A stretch of 64,000 nt of DNA from Thermodesulfobacteriota bacterium (GTDB lineage: Bacteria > Desulfobacterota_D > UBA1144 > Nemesobacterales > UBA2774), in the NCBI GenBank assembly GCA_965223335.1, contig OZ244991.1, positions 832,001-896,000 of the forward strand. Direction: 5' to 3'. Below are positions 1 to 8,298 of this stretch, piece after piece. Below the pieces are notes generated by a model. It saw only the letters and a list, made by a program, of their open reading frames with translations, searched no databases and was not told where the DNA came from. Position 1 is the first letter of the stretch; the number at the start of each line of letters is the position of its first letter. Both the position numbers and the translations under genes were made by a program.

Positions 1-33
1 TCTTACGTACGTGCTATCAACCTATTTTCTAGG

Positions 34-771
34 TTATTTAATCTCCTCAACAAATGCTTCCGTTCCTTCTTTATACATAAACTCATGGGAATAGTCCGAG
101 GCTGACTCAAACGAATCGAAATTACCTACCTTTACCAGGTTCCATACCTCCCCGCGCGAGTTTTCAACCGATACTACATATGCATCATGTCCCCTGCTCT
201 TTAAATCATTTACAACCCACTCGGCCTTATCCAAGTCATAGAAAGCCGATATCTGTAATGTGTATTTATGGTCCCCATCGTGCTTATCGGGGATATCCGG
301 GTTTTTTACAACTATATCTATATCGCCTTCAGAAGATGCCGGAGTATCACCCAGATTTGTATTTTCTGCGGTTGTTTCATCAGAATCATCATCGACCACA
401 ATAGCAGACCCTCTGCCCTCATCTGTTTTAACAAGTGAATTTGGAATATAATCTCTTGTGTCCGATCCGACAACCTCTGCTTTGCTATCAACACTTTCTA
501 CACTTTTTTTTGAGTTTGTAATATCCGACTGTTCCTGAATATCGGTAGGTTCAGATAGTTGAGCAGTACCAACATCACTATATTCCCGAGTGTCTGTAGC
601 AGGCTGTTCCGATCTGTTTTGCACTAAATCGGTGTCCTTATCCAATTTAGTGCCCACATAGACACCTATCCCAAATACAACTGCGAATATTAGAAAGGAT
701 TCGAGCAACGACAATATACCGCGTTTTTTACGCGGCTTTGTAATGATAAGCTTAGGTCTAAGCTCTCCCAT
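34..771 (-). CDS. SPOR-domain membrane protein (FtsN/DedD-like)
   Basis: N-terminal TM helix, acidic disordered linker, C-terminal SPOR-like domain (YTLQISAF...LVKVGNFDSFESA). Start moved to ATG 771 because the longer ORF overlaps the tRNA. Confidence 0.8.
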   Translation of the reverse strand: MGELRPKLIITKPRKKRGILSLLESFLIFAVVFGIGVYVGTKLDKDTDLVQNRSEQPATDTREYSDVGTAQLSEPTDIQEQSDITNSKKSVESVDSKAEVVGSDTRDYIPNSLVKTDEGRGSAIVVDDDSDETTAENTNLGDTPASSEGDIDIVVKNPDIPDKHDGDHKYTLQISAFYDLDKAEWVVNDLKSRGHDAYVVSVENSRGEVWNLVKVGNFDSFESASDYSHEFMYKEGTEAFVEEIK

Positions 772-790
772 TGTAATCTTCCAACCCGAG

Positions 791-878
791 TGGTGCCGAA
801 GGGGGGATTTGAACCCCCACGAGCTTGCGCCCACAGGATCCTGAATCCTGCGCGTCTACCAAATTCCGCCACTTCGGC
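791..878 (-). tRNA. tRNA-Leu(CAG)
   Basis: Reverse complement GCCGAAGTGGCGGAATTTGGTAGACGCGCAGGATTCAGGATCCTG...GGTTCAAATCCCCCCTTCGGCACCA; paired acceptor stem, long variable arm, CAG anticodon, encoded CCA. Confidence 0.97.
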
Positions 879-1068
879 GTAGTTTTTAGTGACGGATCAC
901 AAGTATAAACAATCTAATAATATCACACATATATTAAAATTAAACCCGCTGAATCCCTACATTATCTTGTATTGTGAACCGAAATATAAGAGTAAAGAAT
1001 CGCTTTTTCCATTATTGCTCTATTAACTATGTTACGGCTTATACATTGCTAAACCGATTAGTCCAACC

Positions 1069-2223
1069 CTAGGCCATCTCTTCATTTTTAGTAACAAGTC
1101 TGGAAAGTACCTCTTTTTGTATAGTCTCGATCTCCACCCTGGCCTCAGCAAAAGCATCGGTGGATTTACCCCTCTCAGTACACTCCTCTACAAGCTGGTC
1201 CAGGTCAGATGATATATGCTTTAGCTTGGTCTGTGCCTCGATATTGGCATTAAGCGTCATCTCCTCAGTGTCCCACTCGCGCTTCGAATACTCCTCGAGC
1301 TCCTTAGCCTGGATCAGCAGTTCCTTTAGTCTGTCTCTGTAGCCATGGAGAGATTGATAGATTACCGTGCGAACATCCTCACGCTCCGAGGGCGTATTCC
1401 AGAGCATATTCTCAAGCATAGGGATATCGTCCTCACTAACCTCATTGCGCCCATCCATGTAAGCACGCGAGCAAAGAACAGGTAACGAGAGTTTAAACCT
1501 TCTGTCAGAGGGTGTAATCCCCTTTTTCTTTAGCTCCTTTCTTATCTTTGAGACGAGCTTTAATATATGGGGCGGTACAGAGACGTTTCTAACCTCGGTT
1601 TGCAGCTCTCGTAGTTCTTCTATAGTTATTGTTGTCTTCGTTTCACTACTGTCATCAGGTGTGTCGAGCATCTTGAGGAATCTAAAATCTTCGTCTATAT
1701 AATCCACCACATACCTGAGCAAGAACCTGTCATAGAGTGCCTCAAGCTCGTCTTCTTCAGCGGGGAGCTCATTACTGGCACCGAACATAGCAATTAGAGG
1801 AATGTCGAGTGTTTCGGTCCCGTTATGGAACTTTCTCTCATTCATGATTGTAAGTAGAGTGTTCAGTATCGATGAGCTTGCTTTAAAAACCTCGTCCAAA
1901 AATGCAATATTAGCCTCGGGAAGTTTGCCGTGTACAACCCTCCTGTACTCGTCGTTCTCAAGCCCCTTAAGGCTGATGGCGCCAAATATCTCTTCGGGGG
2001 TAGTAAACTTTGTAAGAAGCCACTGGAAGTAAGAAGCCCCCTCTATCCTCTGGCAAATCTCATTTGCCAAGTAGGATTTAGCGGTGCCGGGCGGGCCGAT
2101 CAAAATTGTATGATTCCCCGTGAGCAGAGCGCTTAGCGCCCCATCGATCACATCATCACGCTCAAAAAAACTCTGCTTTAACTCCTCGGCGATAACTCTC
2201 AGTTTATCTATAGCTCTTTCCAT
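1069..2223 (-). CDS. MoxR-family AAA+ ATPase, RavA-like
   Basis: Walker A GPPGTAKS, LLTKFTTPEEIFG, Walker B FLDEVFKASSSILNTLL, ASNELP, ALYDRF; overlaps the gspK 3' end. Confidence 0.88.
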   Translation of the reverse strand: MERAIDKLRVIAEELKQSFFERDDVIDGALSALLTGNHTILIGPPGTAKSYLANEICQRIEGASYFQWLLTKFTTPEEIFGAISLKGLENDEYRRVVHGKLPEANIAFLDEVFKASSSILNTLLTIMNERKFHNGTETLDIPLIAMFGASNELPAEEDELEALYDRFLLRYVVDYIDEDFRFLKMLDTPDDSSETKTTITIEELRELQTEVRNVSVPPHILKLVSKIRKELKKKGITPSDRRFKLSLPVLCSRAYMDGRNEVSEDDIPMLENMLWNTPSEREDVRTVIYQSLHGYRDRLKELLIQAKELEEYSKREWDTEEMTLNANIEAQTKLKHISSDLDQLVEECTERGKSTDAFAEARVEIETIQKEVLSRLVTKNEEMA

Positions 2224-3323
2224 GACACAATATCCACAGTCTCGGTGTTATTACCCGTTGTTTTCTTAAGCACCGCCTCGACCACTCTCTTAGTAGGGTT
2301 ATCTTCACCTAGACTCCCTACAGATAGTACAGAGAAAATATCACTTTTGCCAGAGTTATGCACCACTCCCACAAGTCCGGCACTTATCTCAAGCGTAGGG
2401 TCTACCTCGCCGGTCAAGTCGCGTGCCCTCTTTTGCCCCACGATCGGTTCTTCCTCCCTGCCCTCGATGATTTCGTCAGCCACCTGCTCGGCGATATCGT
2501 CCGAGATGTTAATCGAACTCGGCACACCCTGACCCTCAATGGCCGACACCGCCGATGCCATAACAGCCGCCATCAGCACTACTTTGGGTGCCGTGCTGAA
2601 ATTAATTTTCTTGTCTCCGGGATATACGGTTACATAGTCCTTAATCTTTTGGAAAAACTCTATATCCATACCGTCTATCATGCGTATCTCTTCCACGCTA
2701 TCGAGCCGCCCGTCTTTAATAAAGTAGGGGTTCTCAAGCCCCGAGTAAAACGAGCTGTTGGCACCCCCAGAGTTCTGGTCGTTATTGGTACCCTCTATAT
2801 TCGAGTCGAGCCAGTTTGTTAAACTTGCCAAAAAACGGTCGGACTTAGTACTGTCAACACCCAACAACCTAAACAATTCGGTCAGTTCCGTTAATACCTG
2901 CTGATCGACCTGATTGGTCTTATCACTCACGAGTGCATTTAAATTTATTTTTGACCTCTCGTCCACCACTGTGACCGCGACACTACCGTCACCCACAGGA
3001 AAATACGGCACACTTATGGACCAGTTGCCCTCCGCATTGTCAGAGCCCGTACTTCTGGTAATATCGGTCAGTTCTTCGAGCGTCTGGTTCTTCATTGTCC
3101 CCGCTGCAACATGTACACCCGATTTTGCGATGTACCGCGCCTTTAGTTCATCCTTTGTGTTGGCGCTTATCTCTCGGTCGATCTGCGTATAGTAGATCAT
3201 ATCCACAACAAGAACCGTGAGGATCGCTATTACAATCAGCACTACAATTAGTACCACACCACTTTCGGATTCATACTTGCGCTTAATTGATTTTTGCATC
3301 TTAGTGTCGATGAGTTTTAGCAT
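2208..3323 (-). CDS. gspK: T2SS minor pseudopilin GspK
   Basis: G|VVLIVVL prepilin-like N-terminus, DERSKINLNAL, NWLD, position after gspJ. Confidence 0.9.
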   Translation of the reverse strand: MLKLIDTKMQKSIKRKYESESGVVLIVVLIVIAILTVLVVDMIYYTQIDREISANTKDELKARYIAKSGVHVAAGTMKNQTLEELTDITRSTGSDNAEGNWSISVPYFPVGDGSVAVTVVDERSKINLNALVSDKTNQVDQQVLTELTELFRLLGVDSTKSDRFLASLTNWLDSNIEGTNNDQNSGGANSSFYSGLENPYFIKDGRLDSVEEIRMIDGMDIEFFQKIKDYVTVYPGDKKINFSTAPKVVLMAAVMASAVSAIEGQGVPSSINISDDIAEQVADEIIEGREEEPIVGQKRARDLTGEVDPTLEISAGLVGVVHNSGKSDIFSVLSVGSLGEDNPTKRVVEAVLKKTTGNNTETVDIVSWKEL

Positions 3324-3332
3324 TTGATTCGC

Positions 3333-3995
3333 CTAGTCCACCACCGGTATCAGAATTAACGAACTAAACTCATGATCCTCCCCGCGCGGGCCTCTCATCA
3401 CGAGGGTTACGTTCACAGCACGCGGAAGCGACCCGATTGCCGAGGAATCCCACTCCGTTATTATGTCCTCCACTCCCTCAACGGGGTTAGCGCTGCCGAT
3501 ATAGTTTAGGTAAAACCCCGCGACCCTCTCGCTTATGGGATATTCAGTCCCCCCGTTCTCGGTGCCGATTCTGGGGTTATCCCTGCGCATAAGAGCGTAG
3601 AGGTCCGAGTTTTCGATCCCCTGCAAATAGTATGTGACCTCGGTTTGATCAGACTCCCCTTTCTGTGTAGAGGGCCTGCGAGAGAGCGAGGTAAACCTGA
3701 CGGAACCAAAATCACCGTCCTGGGCCCCCAAGAAATAGGGGTATGGCACCCCTGCGGATTCGGCAAACAGATCGCCCCGCGGGAACACCGTGCTTAGGTC
3801 TCTCGTCAGTCTAGAGAAAACCACCCTAGCCTCGTGGTAAAGCTCAAGCTCCTCCTCGGTCTTCTCCTTGGCCTTAATTATCTGGAAAAACGAAGCGTAG
3901 AGCACACCCACGACTATAGAGCCTATAAAAACAGCCAATAGTACTTCTATTAATGTAAACCCGCTATTTGTAGTCCGATATTGCCGTGGCAACAT
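3333..3995 (-). CDS. gspJ: T2SS minor pseudopilin GspJ
   Basis: [10 protein letters not shown] cleavage/methylation motif, C-terminal LPRAVNVTL; start set at ATG 3995. Confidence 0.85.
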   Translation of the reverse strand: MLPRQYRTTNSGFTLIEVLLAVFIGSIVVGVLYASFFQIIKAKEKTEEELELYHEARVVFSRLTRDLSTVFPRGDLFAESAGVPYPYFLGAQDGDFGSVRFTSLSRRPSTQKGESDQTEVTYYLQGIENSDLYALMRRDNPRIGTENGGTEYPISERVAGFYLNYIGSANPVEGVEDIITEWDSSAIGSLPRAVNVTLVMRGPRGEDHEFSSLILIPVVD

Positions 3996-4356
3996 AAAAG
4001 CCCTCGTTCCCTTCGTCCCAAGAGACCCTGAGCACAACAATCCTTATCTCTGCACCCAGCTGTTCAATGTTATAGGGTAGCACCGACAGGTACCAACTAA
4101 ACCCGGGTGCCTCTGCAAACGTCCCCTCTTCGTCCCCTATCTCGGGGAACCCCTCCAACTCTACTTCGGTGATTTTCTTTTGTGCAAGTGCCGAGGCTAT
4201 AGCCGCGTTCTTGGAATCAGCTGCAACTATAAGGTGCTTATTAACCGCACCTAGCAGAATTGCCAACGCCCCGCCCATTATGGCTACGGCTACCAGCACC
4301 TCAAGGAGTGTAAATCCCTTGCTATGTTTGTACTTATCTCGGTTCCTATTCGTTAT
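3964..4356 (-). CDS. gspI: T2SS minor pseudopilin GspI (probable ATA start)
   Basis: In-frame [14 protein letters not shown] motif lies upstream of the GTG used by the ORF track; the only SD-supported candidate start is ATA at 4356. Confidence 0.8.
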   Translation of the reverse strand: MTNRNRDKYKHSKGFTLLEVLVAVAIMGGALAILLGAVNKHLIVAADSKNAAIASALAQKKITEVELEGFPEIGDEEGTFAEAPGFSWYLSVLPYNIEQLGAEIRIVVLRVSWDEGNEGFYVATAISDYK

Positions 4357-4370
4357 CCGACCCCTCCCCG

Positions 4371-4880
4371 TTATCGCAGAAGAAGTTCGACATAATCATC
4401 ATATACCCTGGTCCCGCCCGTATAAGGTTTGGTGGCAATTGTGTAGTATTTGTCACTCTCAGTCTCCAGGTAAATAACCGCAGGCTCCACATAGCCTGTG
4501 GGCAAAAACAGTATAAACTCCTGTTCTTCTCCAATCCCTCTGGTACCGTCGCTACGCTCGGTAATAATATCCCTAAAATAGACGCCCACGGGCAGTTTCC
4601 TTCTCTTGAGCCAGGGGTCAGTGTGCGCAATGTACTCGTTGTTCTGAAGCACCTCTACCCAATACTCCCCCCCCTCGATATCAAACACAAGCCTATATAT
4701 ATTCTTTTTAAAAGCCGCCTCGTTATACAGGTACTTGATCGTGCCGGTTAAATTGCGCGCGGCACTCTTGATGTTGACATCGGTCATATCCTTTAACTTG
4801 GGGACAGCCACCAGAAAAAACGCCCCCACTATGAATATGACCACCAAGAGCTCTATAAGCGTAAAACCTTTTTTTTTCAT
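4371..4880 (-). CDS. gspH: T2SS minor pseudopilin GspH
   Basis: [14 protein letters not shown] motif; lies between gspG and gspI. Confidence 0.82.
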   Translation of the reverse strand: MKKKGFTLIELLVVIFIVGAFFLVAVPKLKDMTDVNIKSAARNLTGTIKYLYNEAAFKKNIYRLVFDIEGGEYWVEVLQNNEYIAHTDPWLKRRKLPVGVYFRDIITERSDGTRGIGEEQEFILFLPTGYVEPAVIYLETESDKYYTIATKPYTGGTRVYDDYVELLLR

Positions 4881-4882
4881 CT

Positions 4883-5311
4883 CTACCGCACAGTACGACT
4901 GGAAATATCGTCGTCGTTCTGAGGGGTACCGTCCGGTCCCATAGATATTATTTCGTAAGACCCGTCACCGGTTTGGTCCGGACCGATGTATATATACTCT
5001 GCACCCCACGCGTCCAGGGGAATCTGATCGGCTTCCAGATAGCCCTTGGGGTCATACTTAAGTGGCTCACGCCCGACTGTCGGCATAGAGATCAAAGCCT
5101 GGAGGCCCTGCTGGGTCTCGGGGTAAAAGCCGTTATCGACCTTAAACAGCTTCAGTCCCGACTCAAGCTGTTTAATCTGAATACCGGTCTGCTCAATCTT
5201 GGATTTATCCAACTGACCGATCACATTAGTACCGACAATATATGCGAGCCCCGCAATAATAATGAGCACCACCATTATCTCAATCAGTGTAAAACCGCCC
5301 TGCGCTTTCAT
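4883..5311 (-). CDS. gspG: T2SS major pseudopilin GspG
   Basis: GG|FTLIEIMVV, FKVDNGFYP, QGLQAL, PLDAWG, SMGPDG; AGGAGG precedes ATG 5311. Confidence 0.95.
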   Translation of the reverse strand: MKAQGGFTLIEIMVVLIIIAGLAYIVGTNVIGQLDKSKIEQTGIQIKQLESGLKLFKVDNGFYPETQQGLQALISMPTVGREPLKYDPKGYLEADQIPLDAWGAEYIYIGPDQTGDGSYEIISMGPDGTPQNDDDISSRTVR

Positions 5312-5327
5312 ATACACGTACCTCCTT

Positions 5328-6533
5328 TTATCCAATTGTTGATGTTAGATTAAATATTGGCAGAAGTATAGCAAACACTATAAATCCCATTATTGCACCT
5401 ATGATTAGTATCATCACGGGCTCAAGCAGTGCAGTAAGCGTGGACACCGTGGTCTCGACCTGCTGGTCATAGATGTCCGCAATCTTTGTAAGCATGTCTT
5501 CCATCTCGCCCGTCTGCTCTCCCACCGCTATCATTCTAGTTACCAGAGGGGGAAACACCCCGCTATCCCTAAGGGGAGCCGCAAGTGTGGCACCCTCTCT
5601 CACGTCCTCTCGCACACGCTCGAGCGCCTGTCCGTAAACGGCATTCGCCATAACTGCTTCACCGATCTTTAAAGCGTCCAATAGCGGTATACCGCTTGAT
5701 ATAAGTGTACCCAGAGTCCGCGTAAACCTGGATATTACAACCATAGTGTTGATCTTCCCAAATATAGGCATCCGTAGCGCTACCCTGTCAAAAAACATCT
5801 TACCGCGCTCTGTCTTTCGAAACCGGAATAACCCGACCACAAGCAAAACCATCACCACCAGTATCAAGATCATATTATTGCTTATAAAATCGCTTATCGA
5901 GATGAGCACAACCGTTATCATGGGCAGTGCCTTCTCGCTCTGCTCAAATATCTTGGCAATTCGGGGGATAACAAAATTGACCATAAAAAACAGCACCCCG
6001 GCCCCGAATATAAACATGAATAGGGGATAGATAAGCGCGCTACGAACCTTGGAACTGAGTGCAGCCTGTTTCTCCAGAAAGTCCGCTAAACGCAATAGCA
6101 CTATGTCTAGGGTACCGCTAGCCTCACCGGCTTTCACAATATTGATATACAAATCACTAAAAACATTTTTATGCTCACCCATTGCGTTTGCGAGTGAGCT
6201 CCCCTCGCTCACACGGTCCTTTACCTGTGTTAAGACCTGCCCGAGCCTAGCGTCTTCGGTCTGCTCAGATAGAGCACTTAGCGATGCCTCAAGTGGCAAC
6301 CCCGCTGATATGAGCGTAGAGAACTGCCTAGTAGTCACTGCAAGCTCCCCAGCACTTATCCCGCGAAACGGGATTATGCTACGTGATTTACCCTCTTTTA
6401 CCTCATGAATCGAAGAGAGGAACACACCCTCTCGCCGAAGTTTTTCAGACGCACTCTTGGGTGAGTCAGCATCCACAACCCCGTTTACCGACTGCCCACT
6501 CTCATTTATGGCTTTGTATTTATATACCGGCAT
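5328..6533 (-). CDS. gspF: T2SS inner-membrane platform protein GspF
   Basis: MPVYKYKA start, TRQFSTLISAGLPL, AGEASGTL, VGEQTGEM, LLEP. Confidence 0.95.
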   Translation of the reverse strand: MPVYKYKAINESGQSVNGVVDADSPKSASEKLRREGVFLSSIHEVKEGKSRSIIPFRGISAGELAVTTRQFSTLISAGLPLEASLSALSEQTEDARLGQVLTQVKDRVSEGSSLANAMGEHKNVFSDLYINIVKAGEASGTLDIVLLRLADFLEKQAALSSKVRSALIYPLFMFIFGAGVLFFMVNFVIPRIAKIFEQSEKALPMITVVLISISDFISNNMILILVVMVLLVVGLFRFRKTERGKMFFDRVALRMPIFGKINTMVVISRFTRTLGTLISSGIPLLDALKIGEAVMANAVYGQALERVREDVREGATLAAPLRDSGVFPPLVTRMIAVGEQTGEMEDMLTKIADIYDQQVETTVSTLTALLEPVMILIIGAIMGFIVFAILLPIFNLTSTIG

Positions 6534-6591
6534 GATGCTAGAAAAGTAACCCTTTACTCCAGGCAATAAAAGTTTAAGACCCCGCCTTGCA

Positions 6592-8277
6592 CTAGTCTAC
6601 GACAGCCTCGTCTTCGGTAACCCTCATTATCTCGTCCACCGAGGTTAGTCCCCTTAGCACTTTCTCAGCACCATCAGACCTAAGAGTCACCATCCCCTCG
6701 CTGACAGCATATTTTTTTATCGTAGACGAGTCGGCAGTGTTCAGAGTATGGTTCCTCACACCATCGTCTATAAGCAGCATCTCAAATATGGCAGTTCGCC
6801 CGCTATACCCGGTGTCTATGCAGTCGCTGCACCCCTTGGCACGGTATAGCACACCGTCATGGAGCTTGTCTCTTTTTATGCCAATGCGTTCCAGCTCGTC
6901 GTCATGTGGCTCGTAGGGCTCTTTACACGACGGACACAAAAAACGCACCAAACGCTGCGCAACCACAGCCATTAGGGACGATGCAACCAAAAACGGCTCG
7001 ATCTCCATGTCTATGAGTCTTGTGATCGCACTGGCGGAATCGTTTGTGTGTAGGGTCGAGAACACCAGGTGACCCGTAAGCGATGCATGGATCGCAATGT
7101 CTGCCGTTTCTCTATCCCTTATCTCACCTACAAGGATAACGTCCGGGTCCTGGCGCAGTATAGAGCGTAGCCCGTTTGCAAAGCTGAGGTTCACCTTGGG
7201 GTTAACCTGTATCTGATTGATACCCTGGATTTGATATTCCACAGGGTCCTCTACGGTAATAATCTTTTTATCAGGTGAGTTGATCCTCTCCAACGACGCG
7301 TACAGCGAGGTGGTTTTACCACTACCCGTAGGGCCAGTGACCAGGATAATCCCGTGTGGCCTGCGTATTAGTGCATCCACAGTAGCAAGCTTCTCACCCT
7401 CAAGCCCTAGGTCTTCTAGGCTAAGCATCACAGACGAGCGGTCTAGCAGCCTCATCACCACACTCTCACCCCAAGAGGTGGGCACAGTAGAGATACGAAC
7501 GTCGACGTCCCTACCTGCGACCTTGACACGGATCCTGCCGTCCTGCGGTTTCCGCTTTTCGGCAATATCGAGCTCGGCCATGATCTTAAGCCTCGAAATT
7601 ACAGAGGCTTGCAGCTTTTTGGGGATCGAGGTAACTTCGTGCAGAATACCGTCTTTCCTGAACCTCACTGATACATCGCGCTCAAAACACTCTACATGTA
7701 TATCGCTTGCTTTCTCTTTTACCGCTTGGAACAATAGCGAATTCACAAACCGGATTATGGGGGCCTCGTCATCGGTCTCGAGCAGGTCCTTGGGCTCTTG
7801 AATATCCAGTTCCGAAATCCCTACAGCGTCTTCGTCCTCAATACTATCCGCCATCTCTTTGCCACGTTCATATACTCTGTTAATGCTCTCTACAATCACG
7901 TGGTCAAACGCCAAAACGGGTTTTACCTCGCACCCGAAAACAGACCTCACCTCATCGAGCGCATAGAGGTCCACCGGCGGAGCAAACGCTACCTCCACCG
8001 CACCGTTTATCTGCTTGATAGGCATCAATCTGTATTTTTTGGCAAAGCTGATAGGTAGTTTTTGGACCAGTTCCGAATCAATATCGTTTTGAGAGATCTC
8101 GAGCACATAGGGTATATCATAGTACTCAGAGAGCACATCCAAAACTTCTTCGGCCTCTAAGAGATCTGTTTTAAGCAGCATCTCCTCAAGGCTTTCGTCG
8201 TTATCACTTAGAAGTTCGTCTATCTTTTGGAGAGCTTCGGGTTTTTTCTCGCTTACTATATCGTGGATATTCTTCAT
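6592..8277 (-). CDS. gspE: T2SS ATPase GspE
   Basis: ASDIH, PQDGRI, GPTGSGKTT, EDPVE, LRQDPDVILVGEIRD, tetra-Cys motif. Confidence 0.96.
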   Translation of the reverse strand: MKNIHDIVSEKKPEALQKIDELLSDNDESLEEMLLKTDLLEAEEVLDVLSEYYDIPYVLEISQNDIDSELVQKLPISFAKKYRLMPIKQINGAVEVAFAPPVDLYALDEVRSVFGCEVKPVLAFDHVIVESINRVYERGKEMADSIEDEDAVGISELDIQEPKDLLETDDEAPIIRFVNSLLFQAVKEKASDIHVECFERDVSVRFRKDGILHEVTSIPKKLQASVISRLKIMAELDIAEKRKPQDGRIRVKVAGRDVDVRISTVPTSWGESVVMRLLDRSSVMLSLEDLGLEGEKLATVDALIRRPHGIILVTGPTGSGKTTSLYASLERINSPDKKIITVEDPVEYQIQGINQIQVNPKVNLSFANGLRSILRQDPDVILVGEIRDRETADIAIHASLTGHLVFSTLHTNDSASAITRLIDMEIEPFLVASSLMAVVAQRLVRFLCPSCKEPYEPHDDELERIGIKRDKLHDGVLYRAKGCSDCIDTGYSGRTAIFEMLLIDDGVRNHTLNTADSSTIKKYAVSEGMVTLRSDGAEKVLRGLTSVDEIMRVTEDEAVVD

Positions 8278-8298
8278 GCGAATTTCACCAACCCCGTG

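Noticed and set aside
791..1068. tRNA-Leu as an integration site or island boundary
   Set aside because: No integrase, no duplicated tRNA 3' end noticed, and the flanking genes look like core genes.
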